Shown: piece by piece, positions 9,869 through 19,413 of the stretch
How the letters are laid out: each line of letters begins with the position of its first letter
Position numbering within the stretch: position 1 is the stretch's first letter
Source of the DNA: Thermoplasmata archaeon
GTDB lineage: Archaea; Thermoplasmatota; Thermoplasmata; Lutacidiplasmatales; UBA184
NCBI GenBank assembly: GCA_021816955.1
Contig: JAKAWP010000004.1
Coordinates: 117-64,116 of the forward strand
Length of the DNA stretch: 64,000 nucleotides
Reading direction: 5' to 3'
Translations under genes and position numbers: made by a program
Notes under the pieces: generated by a model
What the model saw: the letters and a program-made list of their open reading frames with translations, nothing else
Database searches by the model: none
Told to the model about the DNA's origin: nothing

Positions 9869-10074
9869 GCGGCTTCCGGGGCACCGACGAGCGGCTCGAG
9901 GAGGAGATCGCGGCCCTGGAGGGGATCGTCCGGCTCCGTCTGCGCCGCGCGGCCGCCGACTTCCAGGAGCTCGATCGGCAGCTCGCGGCCCTCAAGCGCG
10001 AACGGGCGCGCCGGCGGGCCCGGGCCGTTTCGGTCGACGGCGTGCCGGCGGATGCCGTCGCCGAGCTCCCGTAG
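9865..10074 (+). CDS. small coiled-coil protein (69 aa), function unknown
   Basis: The GTG start overlaps the ALDH stop (GTGA). Third codon positions are strongly G/C. The sequence has a heptad-like pattern with charged residues (ERLEEEIAALEGIVRLRLRRAAADFQELDRQLAALKRERARR). Confidence 0.4.
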   Translation: MSGFRGTDERLEEEIAALEGIVRLRLRRAAADFQELDRQLAALKRERARRRARAVSVDGVPADAVAELP

Positions 10075-10096
10075 CCCCGGGCCGTTTCCCGCCGCC

Positions 10097-11515
10097 TCAG
10101 AGCGTCGATCGGACCGGGCTGTCGAAGTTCGTGAGCAGGGTCTGCCCGCGCACCCGCGGGCGGGCGATCGGGCGGACCACCGGATCGTCCTCGATCGCCG
10201 GCAGCGTCTCGGAGAGCGGAACGTCGAGCGTGATCTCCCGGGTCCGTCCGCCGCGGCCCTTCGATACGATCGTGGCCCGGACCAGGCCGAGCGACTCGAG
10301 CTCGCTGATGTGGTTGGAGATGCTTCGCGGATGCAGCGGCTGGAGACCGAGCCGGCGGACGAGGCTCGCGTAGCTGTCGTAGACCTCGCCCGTGAGCACG
10401 CTCGATCGCCGCTTCTCGTAGGCGAGCAAGATGGCGTACAACAGGACCTTGCAGTGGGACGGGAGCGTCCGGCAGCACTCCAAGATGATGTCTTGCTCGA
10501 GACGGTTCTTCGCCTTCACGACGTGGTCCGGGGTGATCCGCTTCGCGCGGTCGCGCTCGGCCATCTCCGCGGCGAGGCGGAGAAGGGCGAGCGCGCGTCG
10601 GGCATCGCCGTTCTCGAGCGCCGCATACGCCGCGCACCGCTCCACCACGCCGGGCTCGAGGACCCCGTCTCGGAACGCCGCCTGGGCGCGGTCGCGCAGG
10701 ATGTCCTGGAGCTGGAGGGCGTCATACGGGGGGAAGAGGATCTTCTCCTCGTTGAGCCGACTACGGATCCGGGCATCGAGCCGGTTCGTGAACTTGAGAT
10801 CGTTCGAGATCCCGAGGAGGGCGACGCGCGTCGCCTCCAGCTGGGTGTTGAGCTGGCTCAACGAGTAGAGCACGCCGTCCCCGCTCCGGTCAACGAGGCG
10901 GTCAATCTCGTCCAACACGAGGATCACCGTCCCCTTTCGGGCGTCCATCAGCCGCCGCATCGCCGCCTCGACGCGGTCGAGCGCCCAGCCGGTCGGGACC
11001 CGCTCGTCGTCCCGCGCCGCGAAGTGGTTCGCGATCGTTTGGAGCAGGCTGTACGGGGTGTCGATCGTTCCGCAGTTCACGTAGACGAAGGCGCTGATCG
11101 CGTGGCGGTCGTCGCGCTTCATCATCTCCTGCCGAACCTGGGCGACGACCGCGGTCTTGCCGGTCCCGATCTTTCCGTACAGAAGGAGGTTCGAGGGAAG
11201 GTGACCTTCGAGCGCCGGGGCGAGCACCTCCGCGACAGCCCGAAGCTGCTCTTCCCGGTGAGGAAGACGGCTCGGGACGTACGATTCCCGGAGAACTTCC
11301 CGGCTTCCCCGGAACAGGTCGGTCCGGGCGGAGAGGACCGAGTCGAAGAACGCCGAGGAGGTGCGGTCCGGTCCCCCAGGGGTCGGGGGAGACGCCGGCG
11401 GGGCCAGCAGATGCTCGTCGACCGAGGGCGTCGCCCCGGGAGCGCTGCGGCTGGCTTCGAATCGGTCCGGCGCTTCCGCCGACCGGTCCAGGGGAGTCGG
11501 TGGCACCGTCGACAC
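10097..11515 (-). CDS. cdc6: Orc1/Cdc6 replication initiator
   Basis: 472 aa with Walker A LLLYGKIGTGKTAV, Walker B VLVLDEIDRL, and a C-terminal winged helix (ISELESLGLVRATIVSKGRGGRTREITL). Confidence 0.9.
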   Translation of the reverse strand: MSTVPPTPLDRSAEAPDRFEASRSAPGATPSVDEHLLAPPASPPTPGGPDRTSSAFFDSVLSARTDLFRGSREVLRESYVPSRLPHREEQLRAVAEVLAPALEGHLPSNLLLYGKIGTGKTAVVAQVRQEMMKRDDRHAISAFVYVNCGTIDTPYSLLQTIANHFAARDDERVPTGWALDRVEAAMRRLMDARKGTVILVLDEIDRLVDRSGDGVLYSLSQLNTQLEATRVALLGISNDLKFTNRLDARIRSRLNEEKILFPPYDALQLQDILRDRAQAAFRDGVLEPGVVERCAAYAALENGDARRALALLRLAAEMAERDRAKRITPDHVVKAKNRLEQDIILECCRTLPSHCKVLLYAILLAYEKRRSSVLTGEVYDSYASLVRRLGLQPLHPRSISNHISELESLGLVRATIVSKGRGGRTREITLDVPLSETLPAIEDDPVVRPIARPRVRGQTLLTNFDSPVRSTL

Positions 11516-11668
11516 CTACCCGGGCCTCGGGTACGGGCGGGATGCCGGGCCGCGCTTATGTAGCTTTTCTCGAAGTTCGGGCCGTTCGCGGCGTTCGCCA
11601 TCGTCATCCGCCGATATTCGCGCGCGGCGCCCTCGACCGTCGGCCCGGCCAGACCGAACCGAACCGAT

Positions 11669-11935
11669 TTGAAGCCGCAGCTCGTGGTGGTCGTCGTGTC
11701 GACGTACGGTTCGACGGGCACCCACCCGGCCCACGCCAAGACGCCGATCCATATCGGCTACGTGATCGCGAGCTCGCTCGTCTGTGCCGCCGGTCTCACG
11801 CTCTTGTTCGTCTTCCTGATCAACCTCTCGCTGGCGATGGCCGACGTCCTCCTCATCCCGGGCTCGGCATTGCTCGCGGTCGGGTTTCTGATGCTGACGC
11901 GCAAGCGAGCCGGCCTCGACGGCGCCGCCCCGTAG
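11669..11935 (+). CDS. possible small two-TM membrane protein
   Basis: 88-aa track ORF with a TTG start (uncertain). It has two hydrophobic helices (IGYVIASSLVCAAGLTLLFVFLI and VLLIPGSALLAVGFLML) and G/C-rich third positions. It ends 13 nt before the IPK gene. Confidence 0.3.
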   Translation: MKPQLVVVVVSTYGSTGTHPAHAKTPIHIGYVIASSLVCAAGLTLLFVFLINLSLAMADVLLIPGSALLAVGFLMLTRKRAGLDGAAP

Positions 11936-11948
11936 CGCTCGAGGGCGG

Positions 11949-12779
11949 ATGGCGACGGGGCCTCCCGCCGACGGAGCGTCGCTCGTCGTGGTGAAGCTCG
12001 GCGGGAGCGTGCTGACGCGCAAGGCGCGAGCGGAGTCGCTGCGGCCCAAGGTGCTGGCCCGCCTGGCGCGGGAGATCGCCCGGGCTGACGGCGTGCGGAT
12101 CGTCCTGCTCCACGGCGCCGGGTCGTTCGGCCATCCAGGCGCTCGCCGCTTCCGCCTCGCCTCGCCGCCCGAGCCGGGCGCCCGTTCGGAGCATCGGCTC
12201 CGGGGAGCCGCGATCGTCTCCTCCGAGGTCCTCCGGCTCCACCTGGCGGTCGTGCGCGCCCTTGTCGCTGCGGGGGCGAATCCGATCTCGATGCCGCCTC
12301 ACCTGTACGCGACCCTGCGCGACGGCCGATTGGCCTCGCTCGATCTCACTGCGCTCCGCCGCACGGTGGACGCCGGGGCGCTTCCCGTGGCGTTCGGCGA
12401 CGTCGTGCCGGACGAGCACTGGGGGTTCGGGATCCTTTCGGCCGACGAGATCGCCGTCCGCCTTGCCGAGGAGTGGCGCCCGTCCCGCGTTCTCTTCGTG
12501 AGCGACGTCCCCGGCGTTCTCGCCCCTCGCGGGGCCGGTCGGCCCCGGCTGATCGAGTCCCTCTCCGAGACGACCGACGTCGAGCCGGTGACCCAGGGGG
12601 GGCGGGCGGACGTGACCGGGGGAATCCGAGCGAAAGTCGACGCGATGCGGCGGATCGCGCACGCCGGCGTTGACGTAGGCCTTATTAGCGGCCTCTCGGA
12701 TGGGCTGCTCTACCGAGCGTTGCGCGGCGAGACGGTCTATGGGAGCTGGTGGGGGCGGCACGTCGAAGGCTCCCGATGA
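11949..12779 (+). CDS. isopentenyl phosphate kinase
   Basis: Amino-acid-kinase fold with LVVVKLGGSVLT and the VLLHGAGSFGHP motif typical of IPK. Confidence 0.85.
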   Translation: MATGPPADGASLVVVKLGGSVLTRKARAESLRPKVLARLAREIARADGVRIVLLHGAGSFGHPGARRFRLASPPEPGARSEHRLRGAAIVSSEVLRLHLAVVRALVAAGANPISMPPHLYATLRDGRLASLDLTALRRTVDAGALPVAFGDVVPDEHWGFGILSADEIAVRLAEEWRPSRVLFVSDVPGVLAPRGAGRPRLIESLSETTDVEPVTQGGRADVTGGIRAKVDAMRRIAHAGVDVGLISGLSDGLLYRALRGETVYGSWWGRHVEGSR

Positions 12780-13845
12780 CCGATCGGGCCTCGATCTGAG
12801 CCACCGAAAGGCCGAGCACGTCAAGGTCGTCCTCGGACAGAACGTCGAGGGGCGCTATCGGTTCTGGGACGACATCGAGCTCGTCCACAACGCGCTACCC
12901 GAGATCGATTTTGACGACGTCGACCCTTCGGCCGAGCTGTTCGGACGAACCCTTCGGGCCCCGCTCGTCATCACCGGCATGACCGGCGGATTCCCCGACG
13001 CCCGCCAGATCAACTCCAACCTCGCCCGGGCCGCGGCCGACGCGGGAATCGCGATGGGCGTCGGGAGCGAGCGCGCCGCCATCGTGAAGGGACAGTTTCC
13101 CGAGAGCTACGCCTGCGTCCGCGACTACGCCGTCCCGCTCCGGTTCGCCAACGTCGGGGCGCCCCAGCTGATCGCGCAGGGGCCGTCCGACACCGTCCTG
13201 GGCGAGGACCAGATCCGCAGCGCGATGGAGCTCATCCACGCCGACCTGCTCGCGGTCCACCTGAACTTCCTCCAGGAGATGGTCCAGCCCGAAGGGGACC
13301 GGCGGGCGCGGGGCAGCCTCGAGCGGATCGGGGCGCTCGCCCGGACGGTTCCCCTCTTCGTCAAGGAGACGGGGGCGGGCCTCTCGCGCGAGGTCGCCGA
13401 GCGGCTCCGCTCGAAGGGGGTGCGCGGGTTCGACGTGAGCGGGACCGGCGGAACGAGCTTCGCCGCGGTCGAGCATTACCGGGCGCTCGAGCGGGGCGCC
13501 GTCCGGGAAGCGCGGGTCGGCAAAACGTTCTGGAATTGGGGGATTCCGTCCCCGGTGTCGGTCCTCGAGGTCGCTCCGCTCGGCCTCCCCGTGATCGCGA
13601 GCGGCGGGATCCGCTCCGGGCTCGACATGGCCCGCGCGATCGCCCTCGGCGCCCAAGCGGCCGGCGTTGCGGGAGGGATCCTGCGGGCCGCCGCTGAGTC
13701 GTACGAGGCGACGCGCGCCGAGATCGACCAATTGATCCACGAGTTTCGGGTCGCGATGTTCCTGACAGGGAGCCGGCGGATCTCGGATCTGGCCCGGGCC
13801 CCGTACGTCATCCGCGGCGAGACGCGCGCATGGCTCCGTCGGTAG
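12739..13845 (+). CDS. type 2 (FMN-dependent) isopentenyl-diphosphate delta-isomerase
   Basis: Contains HRKAEHV, ITGMTGG and SGGIRSGLDMARAIALGA motifs. The start is set at an internal ATG, giving a 41-nt overlap with IPK; the start is uncertain. Confidence 0.88.
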   Translation: MGAGGGGTSKAPDDRSGLDLSHRKAEHVKVVLGQNVEGRYRFWDDIELVHNALPEIDFDDVDPSAELFGRTLRAPLVITGMTGGFPDARQINSNLARAAADAGIAMGVGSERAAIVKGQFPESYACVRDYAVPLRFANVGAPQLIAQGPSDTVLGEDQIRSAMELIHADLLAVHLNFLQEMVQPEGDRRARGSLERIGALARTVPLFVKETGAGLSREVAERLRSKGVRGFDVSGTGGTSFAAVEHYRALERGAVREARVGKTFWNWGIPSPVSVLEVAPLGLPVIASGGIRSGLDMARAIALGAQAAGVAGGILRAAAESYEATRAEIDQLIHEFRVAMFLTGSRRISDLARAPYVIRGETRAWLRR

Positions 13846-15374
13846 CGGAATCGGCGTCGGACGCCGAACTCGAGCGGGCGAAGCGGGCGTGGACCCGCGC
13901 GCACGGCGGGGGATCGTTGCCGTCGAACGTAGAGTGGTGGGCGCTCGATCCGGCGGCGCGGGATCGATTCGCCGGTCGGCCGGCTCGTCGGCCGTCCCGC
14001 TCGCTCTCGGGCGTCGCGGTCGTGGCGGTCATGACCGCGCCGGCCCCGTGCCCGCACGGCCGCTGCAGCTACTGCCCGGGGGGACTGCCGCGCGGCTCTC
14101 CCCAGAGTTACACCGGCGAGGAGCCGTCCGCGCTTCGAGGGGCGGAGTTTCATTGGGACGCGGAGCAGATCGTGGCGCACCGGCTCGAGGCGCTCGAGGC
14201 GACCGGCCACCCCACGAGCAAGGTTGAGGTGATCGTGATGGGCGGAACGTTTCCCGCCCGGCCGGTGGCCTACCAGCGCGAGGTGTTCCGCAAGATCTAC
14301 GACGGGCTCAACGGCGTTCGGTCGGAGAGCCTCGCCGAGGCGCAACACCGCAACGAGACGGCGGCGCATCGGATGGTCGGCCTCACCGTCGAGACCCGGC
14401 CCGACTGGTGCGACGAGCGCGTCCTCCCGTTCCTGCTCGACGCGGGGGTGACGCGCGTCGAGATCGGGGTGGAGAGCCTCAACCCCGACGTGCTCGACCG
14501 GGTCGGCCGGGCCCACGGCGTCGGGGACGTCGAACGCGCGAGCCGCTCGGCCCGCGACCACGGCTTGAAGATCGGCTACCACATGATGCTCGGACTTCCC
14601 GGGACGACCCCGGCCGACGACCTCGCCATGTTCTCGCGGCTGTTCGACGAACCGTCCTTTCGGCCGGACTTTCTCAAGATCTACCCGACGCTGGTCGTGC
14701 CGGGGACCCCGCTCTTCGAGGAGTGGGAGGCCGGTCGCTATCAACCGTACTCGACCGAGACGGTCGTCCCGCTGCTCGCCGAGATCAAGCAGCGGATCCC
14801 GCCGTGGGTACGGATCCACCGGATTCAACGCGACATTCCGGCCCGCAACATCGCGGCGGGGGTGCGCGCGAGCAACCTGCGCGAACTCGTGCGGACCCAT
14901 CTCGAAGCGAGCGGGGGCCGCTGCCGCTGCCTGCGCTGCCGCGAAGCGGGGCGACGAGCCTCCCCTCCGCCCGAAGCGTTCCGGCTGTCGAGTCTCCGAT
15001 ACCCGGCCTCCGGCGGGATCGAGACGTTCTTCGCCTTCGAAGAGCCCGACAGCGACACGGTCGCCGGGTACCTTCGGCTTCGTTTCCCGTCGGACCAGAC
15101 GCCGAACGGCCTCTCCGCACCGGTGATCCGAGAGCTCAAAGTGCTGGGAGTCGAACTGCCGATCGCCGCTCGACCGCAGGGACGGGCCGACTACCAGCAC
15201 CGCGGCTTTGGCCGTCGGCTCGTCGACGCCGCCGTCGAGGCGGCCCGGGACGCCGGGTACGACGAGCTCTACGTGCGGAGCGCCGTCGGTACGCGCGAGT
15301 ACTACCGTCGGCTCGGCTTCGAGCCCGCGGGGCCGCACATGGCGAAGCGACTTTTCGCGGGGCGCAACCCGTAA
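13830..15374 (+). CDS. elp3: Elp3-type radical SAM/GNAT tRNA U34 modification enzyme
   Basis: Contains the radical-SAM cluster motif CPHGRCSYCPGG and a C-terminal GNAT motif (HRGFGRRLVDAAVEAARDAG). It overlaps the IDI2 3' end by 16 nt. Confidence 0.9.
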   Translation: MAPSVAESASDAELERAKRAWTRAHGGGSLPSNVEWWALDPAARDRFAGRPARRPSRSLSGVAVVAVMTAPAPCPHGRCSYCPGGLPRGSPQSYTGEEPSALRGAEFHWDAEQIVAHRLEALEATGHPTSKVEVIVMGGTFPARPVAYQREVFRKIYDGLNGVRSESLAEAQHRNETAAHRMVGLTVETRPDWCDERVLPFLLDAGVTRVEIGVESLNPDVLDRVGRAHGVGDVERASRSARDHGLKIGYHMMLGLPGTTPADDLAMFSRLFDEPSFRPDFLKIYPTLVVPGTPLFEEWEAGRYQPYSTETVVPLLAEIKQRIPPWVRIHRIQRDIPARNIAAGVRASNLRELVRTHLEASGGRCRCLRCREAGRRASPPPEAFRLSSLRYPASGGIETFFAFEEPDSDTVAGYLRLRFPSDQTPNGLSAPVIRELKVLGVELPIAARPQGRADYQHRGFGRRLVDAAVEAARDAGYDELYVRSAVGTREYYRRLGFEPAGPHMAKRLFAGRNP

Positions 15375-15397
15375 CGATTCGAACGGTTCGGGAAACT

Positions 15398-15404
15398 CTT
15401 AAAC
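15398..15404 (+). promoter_or_regulatory. TATA-like box (CTTAAAC) upstream of the SAM synthetase gene
   Basis: An A/T patch in otherwise GC-rich spacer, about 37 nt upstream of the ATG at 15438. Confidence 0.35.
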
Positions 15405-15437
15405 CCGCTTCCGGCTCGGCCGCCCCGAGTGAATTCC

Positions 15438-16634
15438 ATGGCCCGCAACGTCCAAGTCGAGCCGCTGAGGACCGTCCATATCGAAGAGCAGCAAGTCGAG
15501 CTGGTCGAGCGGAAGGGGCTCGGCCACCCCGATTCGATCGCGGACGGCGTCGCGGAGTCGGTCAGCCGGGCGCTCTCGCGCCTCTACTTGGACGAATTCG
15601 GCCGGATCCTCCACCACAACACCGACGAGACCCAGGTCGTCGGCGGCGCGTCCGAACCGAAGTTTGGCGGCGGCCGGGTGACGAAGCCGATCTACATCCT
15701 CCTCGTCGGGCGGGCGACGACCGAAGTGAACGGCGAGGAGCTCCCGTACCGGTCCACAGCGCTCGACGCGGCGAAGCGGTACGTCCGGAGCATCTGCGCT
15801 CATCTGGACGTCGACCGGCACGTCGATTTCGACTGCAAGATCGGCACCGGCTCGGTCGACCTGCGCGGCGTCTTCGACCAGAAGGCGGTCCTCGCGAACG
15901 ACACGTCGTTCGGCGTCGGCTTCGCTCCGCTGTCGGACACCGAGCGGCTCGTGCTCGAGAGCGAGCGGTTCCTGACGCTCAAGCTGAAGAAGAAGCTCCC
16001 CGCGCTGGGGGAAGATGTCAAGGTGATGGGGTACCGGCGGGGCGAGACGATCGGCCTTACCGTCGCGGCGGCGCTCGTCGACTCAGAAATCAACGGCCCG
16101 AAGGAGTACCAGGCCGTCTGCGAGGAGATCCGGGAGAAGCTCCAAGACCAAGCCGCTCGCCTGACGAAGCGCGAGGTCACGATCGACGTCAACACGGCCG
16201 ACGACCCGGAGCTCGGGCGCTACTACCTCACCGTCACCGGACTGTCGATGGAAGCGGGCGACGACGGCTCGGTCGGCCGCGGCAACCGGGCGAACGGCCT
16301 GATCACGCCGTGCCGGCCGATGAGCCTCGAGGCGACGGCGGGCAAGAACCCGGTCAACCACGTCGGCAAGATCTACAACCTGCTCGGCAACCTGATCGCG
16401 CAGGACGTGGTCCGGGAGACCGGCGGCAACGTCCAGGAGATCCACGTCCGGATCCTCTCCCAGATCGGAAAGCCGGTCGACGAGCCCCAAGTGGCGAGCC
16501 TCCAGATCCTGCCCGCGGACGGCGTCAAGCTCGCGCAGGTCCGTCGGGAGGCCGAGGCAATCGCAAACGACTGGCTGGGGAAGATCGACACCCTCCCGCA
16601 GCGGCTCCTCACCGACAAGCTCACGGTCTTTTAG
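15438..16634 (+). CDS. archaeal-type S-adenosylmethionine synthetase
   Basis: Starts [10 protein letters not shown]. Contains [14 protein letters not shown], and the whole length looks like archaeal MAT. Trimmed by 3 codons to the ATG. Confidence 0.95.
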   Translation: MARNVQVEPLRTVHIEEQQVELVERKGLGHPDSIADGVAESVSRALSRLYLDEFGRILHHNTDETQVVGGASEPKFGGGRVTKPIYILLVGRATTEVNGEELPYRSTALDAAKRYVRSICAHLDVDRHVDFDCKIGTGSVDLRGVFDQKAVLANDTSFGVGFAPLSDTERLVLESERFLTLKLKKKLPALGEDVKVMGYRRGETIGLTVAAALVDSEINGPKEYQAVCEEIREKLQDQAARLTKREVTIDVNTADDPELGRYYLTVTGLSMEAGDDGSVGRGNRANGLITPCRPMSLEATAGKNPVNHVGKIYNLLGNLIAQDVVRETGGNVQEIHVRILSQIGKPVDEPQVASLQILPADGVKLAQVRREAEAIANDWLGKIDTLPQRLLTDKLTVF

Positions 16635-16681
16635 GGCCGTTCGCGATCGGACCGGTCGGTCCGTCTCCGGAGGAGCGGGCG

Positions 16682-17992
16682 GTGGTCGACCGCGTCTACG
16701 TCGAGGCGTACGGCTGCGCCCAGAACCGCGGGGAGGCCCGCGACCTCGCGGAGACCCTCGCCGCGCGCTCGATCGAGATCGTCGACCGAGCCGAACGCGC
16801 CGAGCTCGCAATCCTCGTCACGTGCGGAGTGATCGGCGCCACCGAGTCCCGGATGCTCCGCCGGTGGAGATCGCTCACCGCTCACTGCCCGCAGGTCGTC
16901 GTCACCGGGTGCCTCGCCCCCCGGCCCGAACTGTTTGTCGGTCCCGGCCGGGACCGCACCACCTTCGTCGGAATCCGCGACCAGATCGCCTGGGCGGGAC
17001 GGCTCGCCGCCGATCGGCGGCTCGACCGCGGCCCGGCTCGGACAGCCGGCGGCCCGGGCCCGGATCCGCCCCGGCGGGAAGCCGCCCGAGAGGTGGTCAT
17101 TGCCCAAGGGTGCACGAGCAGCTGCAGCTACTGCTACAGTCGGCTCGCCCGGGGGCGTCTTCAGAGCGTCGGGAGCGTCCAGGTCGCCGAGCGCGCGCGA
17201 ACGGCCGCGAACCGGGGCGCCGTCGAGATCCGGCTGACCTCGCTCGACACCGCGGCGTGGGGCCTCGATCTGCCGTCGGGCGAGCGCCTGCCGGACCTCC
17301 TCCGCCACGTGCGGTCGGCGACGGCGTTTAGCGAGGTGCGCGTCGGGATGATGAGTCCGCAGCGGCTCGGGGAGATCGACGGGGCCCTCTGGGACGCGAT
17401 GGCCGCCGGACCGTTCTATTCGTTCCTCCACCTACCGGTCCAGAGCGGGTCGGACCGCGTGCTGGCCGAGATGCGGCGAGGATACACCGTGGATCGGTTC
17501 CGCTCGTTGGTCGACCGCGCGCGATCGCGCCTTCCGGACGCCACGCTCGCGACGGACGTGATCGTTGGGTTTCCCGGCGAGTCGGACGAGGACTTTCGAG
17601 CGACCGAACAGCTGCTCGAGGACGTCCGTCCCGAGATCGTCAATGTCACGCGCTACAGCCCGCGGCCGGGCACGTGGGCCGCCCGGCGTCCTCCCGTGTG
17701 GGCGGCGGTCGCGAAGGAACGGTCCCGCCGGATCACCCGGCAGAAGGCGGCGATCGGGCGGGCGTCGCTCGAGCGATGGATCGGACGGGCGGTCACGGCC
17801 CGGGTGGTCGAGCATGGCCCGGGCGGATCGTCCGTGGCTCGAACACGCAATTACCTGCCGATCGTCCTCCGCGAACGGCGTCCGTTCGGGGAACGGGTCG
17901 AGGTCGTGGTGCGGGGGGCGCGGGCGACCTATCTGACCGGGGCGGTGCGACGAGCGCTCCCGGGCGACGCCGGGGCGATCGGCCGCGTGTAA
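16682..17992 (+). CDS. MiaB/MtaB-like tRNA methylthiotransferase (archaeal CDKAL1 type)
   Basis: This is the last ~436 aa of the 1194-aa track ORF. It has the N-terminal Cys triad region (YGCAQN, VTCGV), the radical-SAM motif GCTSSCSYC and a TRAM-like C-terminus. The GTG start has GGAGGAG 8 nt upstream. Confidence 0.85.
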   Translation: MVDRVYVEAYGCAQNRGEARDLAETLAARSIEIVDRAERAELAILVTCGVIGATESRMLRRWRSLTAHCPQVVVTGCLAPRPELFVGPGRDRTTFVGIRDQIAWAGRLAADRRLDRGPARTAGGPGPDPPRREAAREVVIAQGCTSSCSYCYSRLARGRLQSVGSVQVAERARTAANRGAVEIRLTSLDTAAWGLDLPSGERLPDLLRHVRSATAFSEVRVGMMSPQRLGEIDGALWDAMAAGPFYSFLHLPVQSGSDRVLAEMRRGYTVDRFRSLVDRARSRLPDATLATDVIVGFPGESDEDFRATEQLLEDVRPEIVNVTRYSPRPGTWAARRPPVWAAVAKERSRRITRQKAAIGRASLERWIGRAVTARVVEHGPGGSSVARTRNYLPIVLRERRPFGERVEVVVRGARATYLTGAVRRALPGDAGAIGRV

Positions 17993-19284
17993 TCGTCGAG
18001 CGAACGCTGGTAGCGGAGCGCGCGCAGCAGGGAACTCTCGGCGATCCAGCGCGCGAGAGGTATCGCGAACGTCTGAGAGACGGTCTTCAGGAGAGCCTCC
18101 GTGCTCCCGAGCCGGATCGGCGCCGTGCGGAGCGCCGCCCGAACGTGCTCGCGAACGTTCCAGACTCCGAGAGGAAGGATCTCCCCCGGATGCACTTCGC
18201 GCAACACGAGGACCCCGGCCTGCCGCTGGCGGGCGAGCAATGCCTCGCTCGCGGCGAGCCGGGCGGCGTAGTAGCAGCCGCCCATCGAGGCGTACGTCGA
18301 TCGCCCGTGAAACCCTTCGTGGTCGCCGAGCATGACGACCCTCGAACGGCTCGGGTTCCAGAACGTCTCGGGATACCACGCTTCGATCGACTCGTAGCGG
18401 TACGCCCCGGGCAGCCAGGCGATCAGCCAGCGATTGTCCAGCGCCGTGAACCGGTAGACCTCGATCTCCGAGAGCTCGGGCAAGTAGCGGAGCCGCTCGA
18501 CGTTCGCCTTCGACACGAGATCGTCGACGGCGGTGATGCTCCAGCGGGTCGGCACGAGCCGACGACGGCCCTGCCGGCCGAGGGTGCCGACGCTGAATGC
18601 CCGTTGGATCCGACTCACCCGGACCCCTCGGCCGTACAGTTCGAGCACGGCGGTCCGGGCGTCCGCGTGAACGTCCGAACGGAGCCGGTCGAGGGCGGGG
18701 TCGATCCGGCGAACGTCGAGACGCAGTCGTTCGAGCGGGGCGGACGGCCCGACCGGGGGCGCCGTGTCCGAGAGGGCCAACGTTCCTCGCGGCGGCCGCC
18801 GGAACTCCGCCTCCGCCTCCACGGATTCGGTCGCCAACCCGAGCCATTGGAGGTCGTCGAGCCAGCCGCTCGGTCGGTCGGCGTCCGTCACTCGCGCTCG
18901 CCGGGTCCCGCGGACGAGCCCGGCCCGGAATCCGACCAGCTCGTCCACGGGTCGGCCGACCCATTCCTCGGGGGTGTCGAACAGAAGCGTATCGCCGTGC
19001 CGGGGGCTCACCAACGGGCCGACCGAGACGTTCGGGTAGCCGAAACGGCCGACGAACACCCCGGGAGGCGAGGAGCCGTCGAGCTCCCGCCCTGCGACCA
19101 ACGGTAGGGTCCGTAGGAGGGCATCATACCGGAGCAAGAGCGGGCAGACCGGCTTGCCGCAGAGGAGTTGCGCCGAGCGGCAGCGCAAGCAAAGCGACGG
19201 GTCGTCGTCAAGCCCGGGGATCGACCAGGAGAGCCCCGCGGTGGACGGGAGGGACGGGATCGGAGAGTCGGACGATCGGAGCAC
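17929..19284 (-). CDS. Nre-family DNA repair protein
   Basis: It has an N-terminal Cys cluster CLRCRSAQLLCGKPVCPLLLRY followed by GVFVGRFGYPNVSVGPL, as in archaeal NreA/NreB. The start is set at a GTG 26 nt downstream of a TATA-like box. The track ORF's further 74 codons run antisense through tRNA-Pro. Confidence 0.75.
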   Translation of the reverse strand: MLRSSDSPIPSLPSTAGLSWSIPGLDDDPSLCLRCRSAQLLCGKPVCPLLLRYDALLRTLPLVAGRELDGSSPPGVFVGRFGYPNVSVGPLVSPRHGDTLLFDTPEEWVGRPVDELVGFRAGLVRGTRRARVTDADRPSGWLDDLQWLGLATESVEAEAEFRRPPRGTLALSDTAPPVGPSAPLERLRLDVRRIDPALDRLRSDVHADARTAVLELYGRGVRVSRIQRAFSVGTLGRQGRRRLVPTRWSITAVDDLVSKANVERLRYLPELSEIEVYRFTALDNRWLIAWLPGAYRYESIEAWYPETFWNPSRSRVVMLGDHEGFHGRSTYASMGGCYYAARLAASEALLARQRQAGVLVLREVHPGEILPLGVWNVREHVRAALRTAPIRLGSTEALLKTVSQTFAIPLARWIAESSLLRALRYQRSLDDYTRPIAPASPGSARRTAPVR

Positions 19285-19304
19285 GACTCTCTGCAGGCCG
19301 TGAG

Positions 19305-19314
19305 GGATAATAGA
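19305..19314 (-). promoter_or_regulatory. TATA-like box (TCTATTATCC) for a leaderless Nre mRNA
   Basis: An A/T-rich decamer centred about 26 nt upstream of the proposed GTG at 19284. Confidence 0.45.
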
Positions 19315-19413
19315 GGGGAAGAGGAGGGGGTGAAACACCCCAATCGCCTCGACGGGCCGACCGGCGTCGCCATACGTTAAAATACCGCTCCCGAGTGGTC
19401 CTCCGGTCGGCAC

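Noticed and set aside
13476-15338. Long antisense ORFs opposite confident genes (also 45763-47136, 47723-48733, 49275-50630, 51886-52908, 62411-63844 and many others)
   Set aside because: All are mirror or shifted frames of genes with clear family motifs. They have extreme Arg/Gly/Pro/Asp content and no recognisable motifs. Such frames are expected when stop codons are rare.
14408-17992. 1194-aa ORF, the longest on the plus strand in this region
   Set aside because: Only the last ~436 aa (from the GTG at 16682) form a coherent MiaB/MtaB-like protein. The first ~750 codons are Arg/Pro/Gly-rich and lie out of frame over the confident Elp3 and SAM-synthetase genes. It is a typical high-GC shadow ORF.
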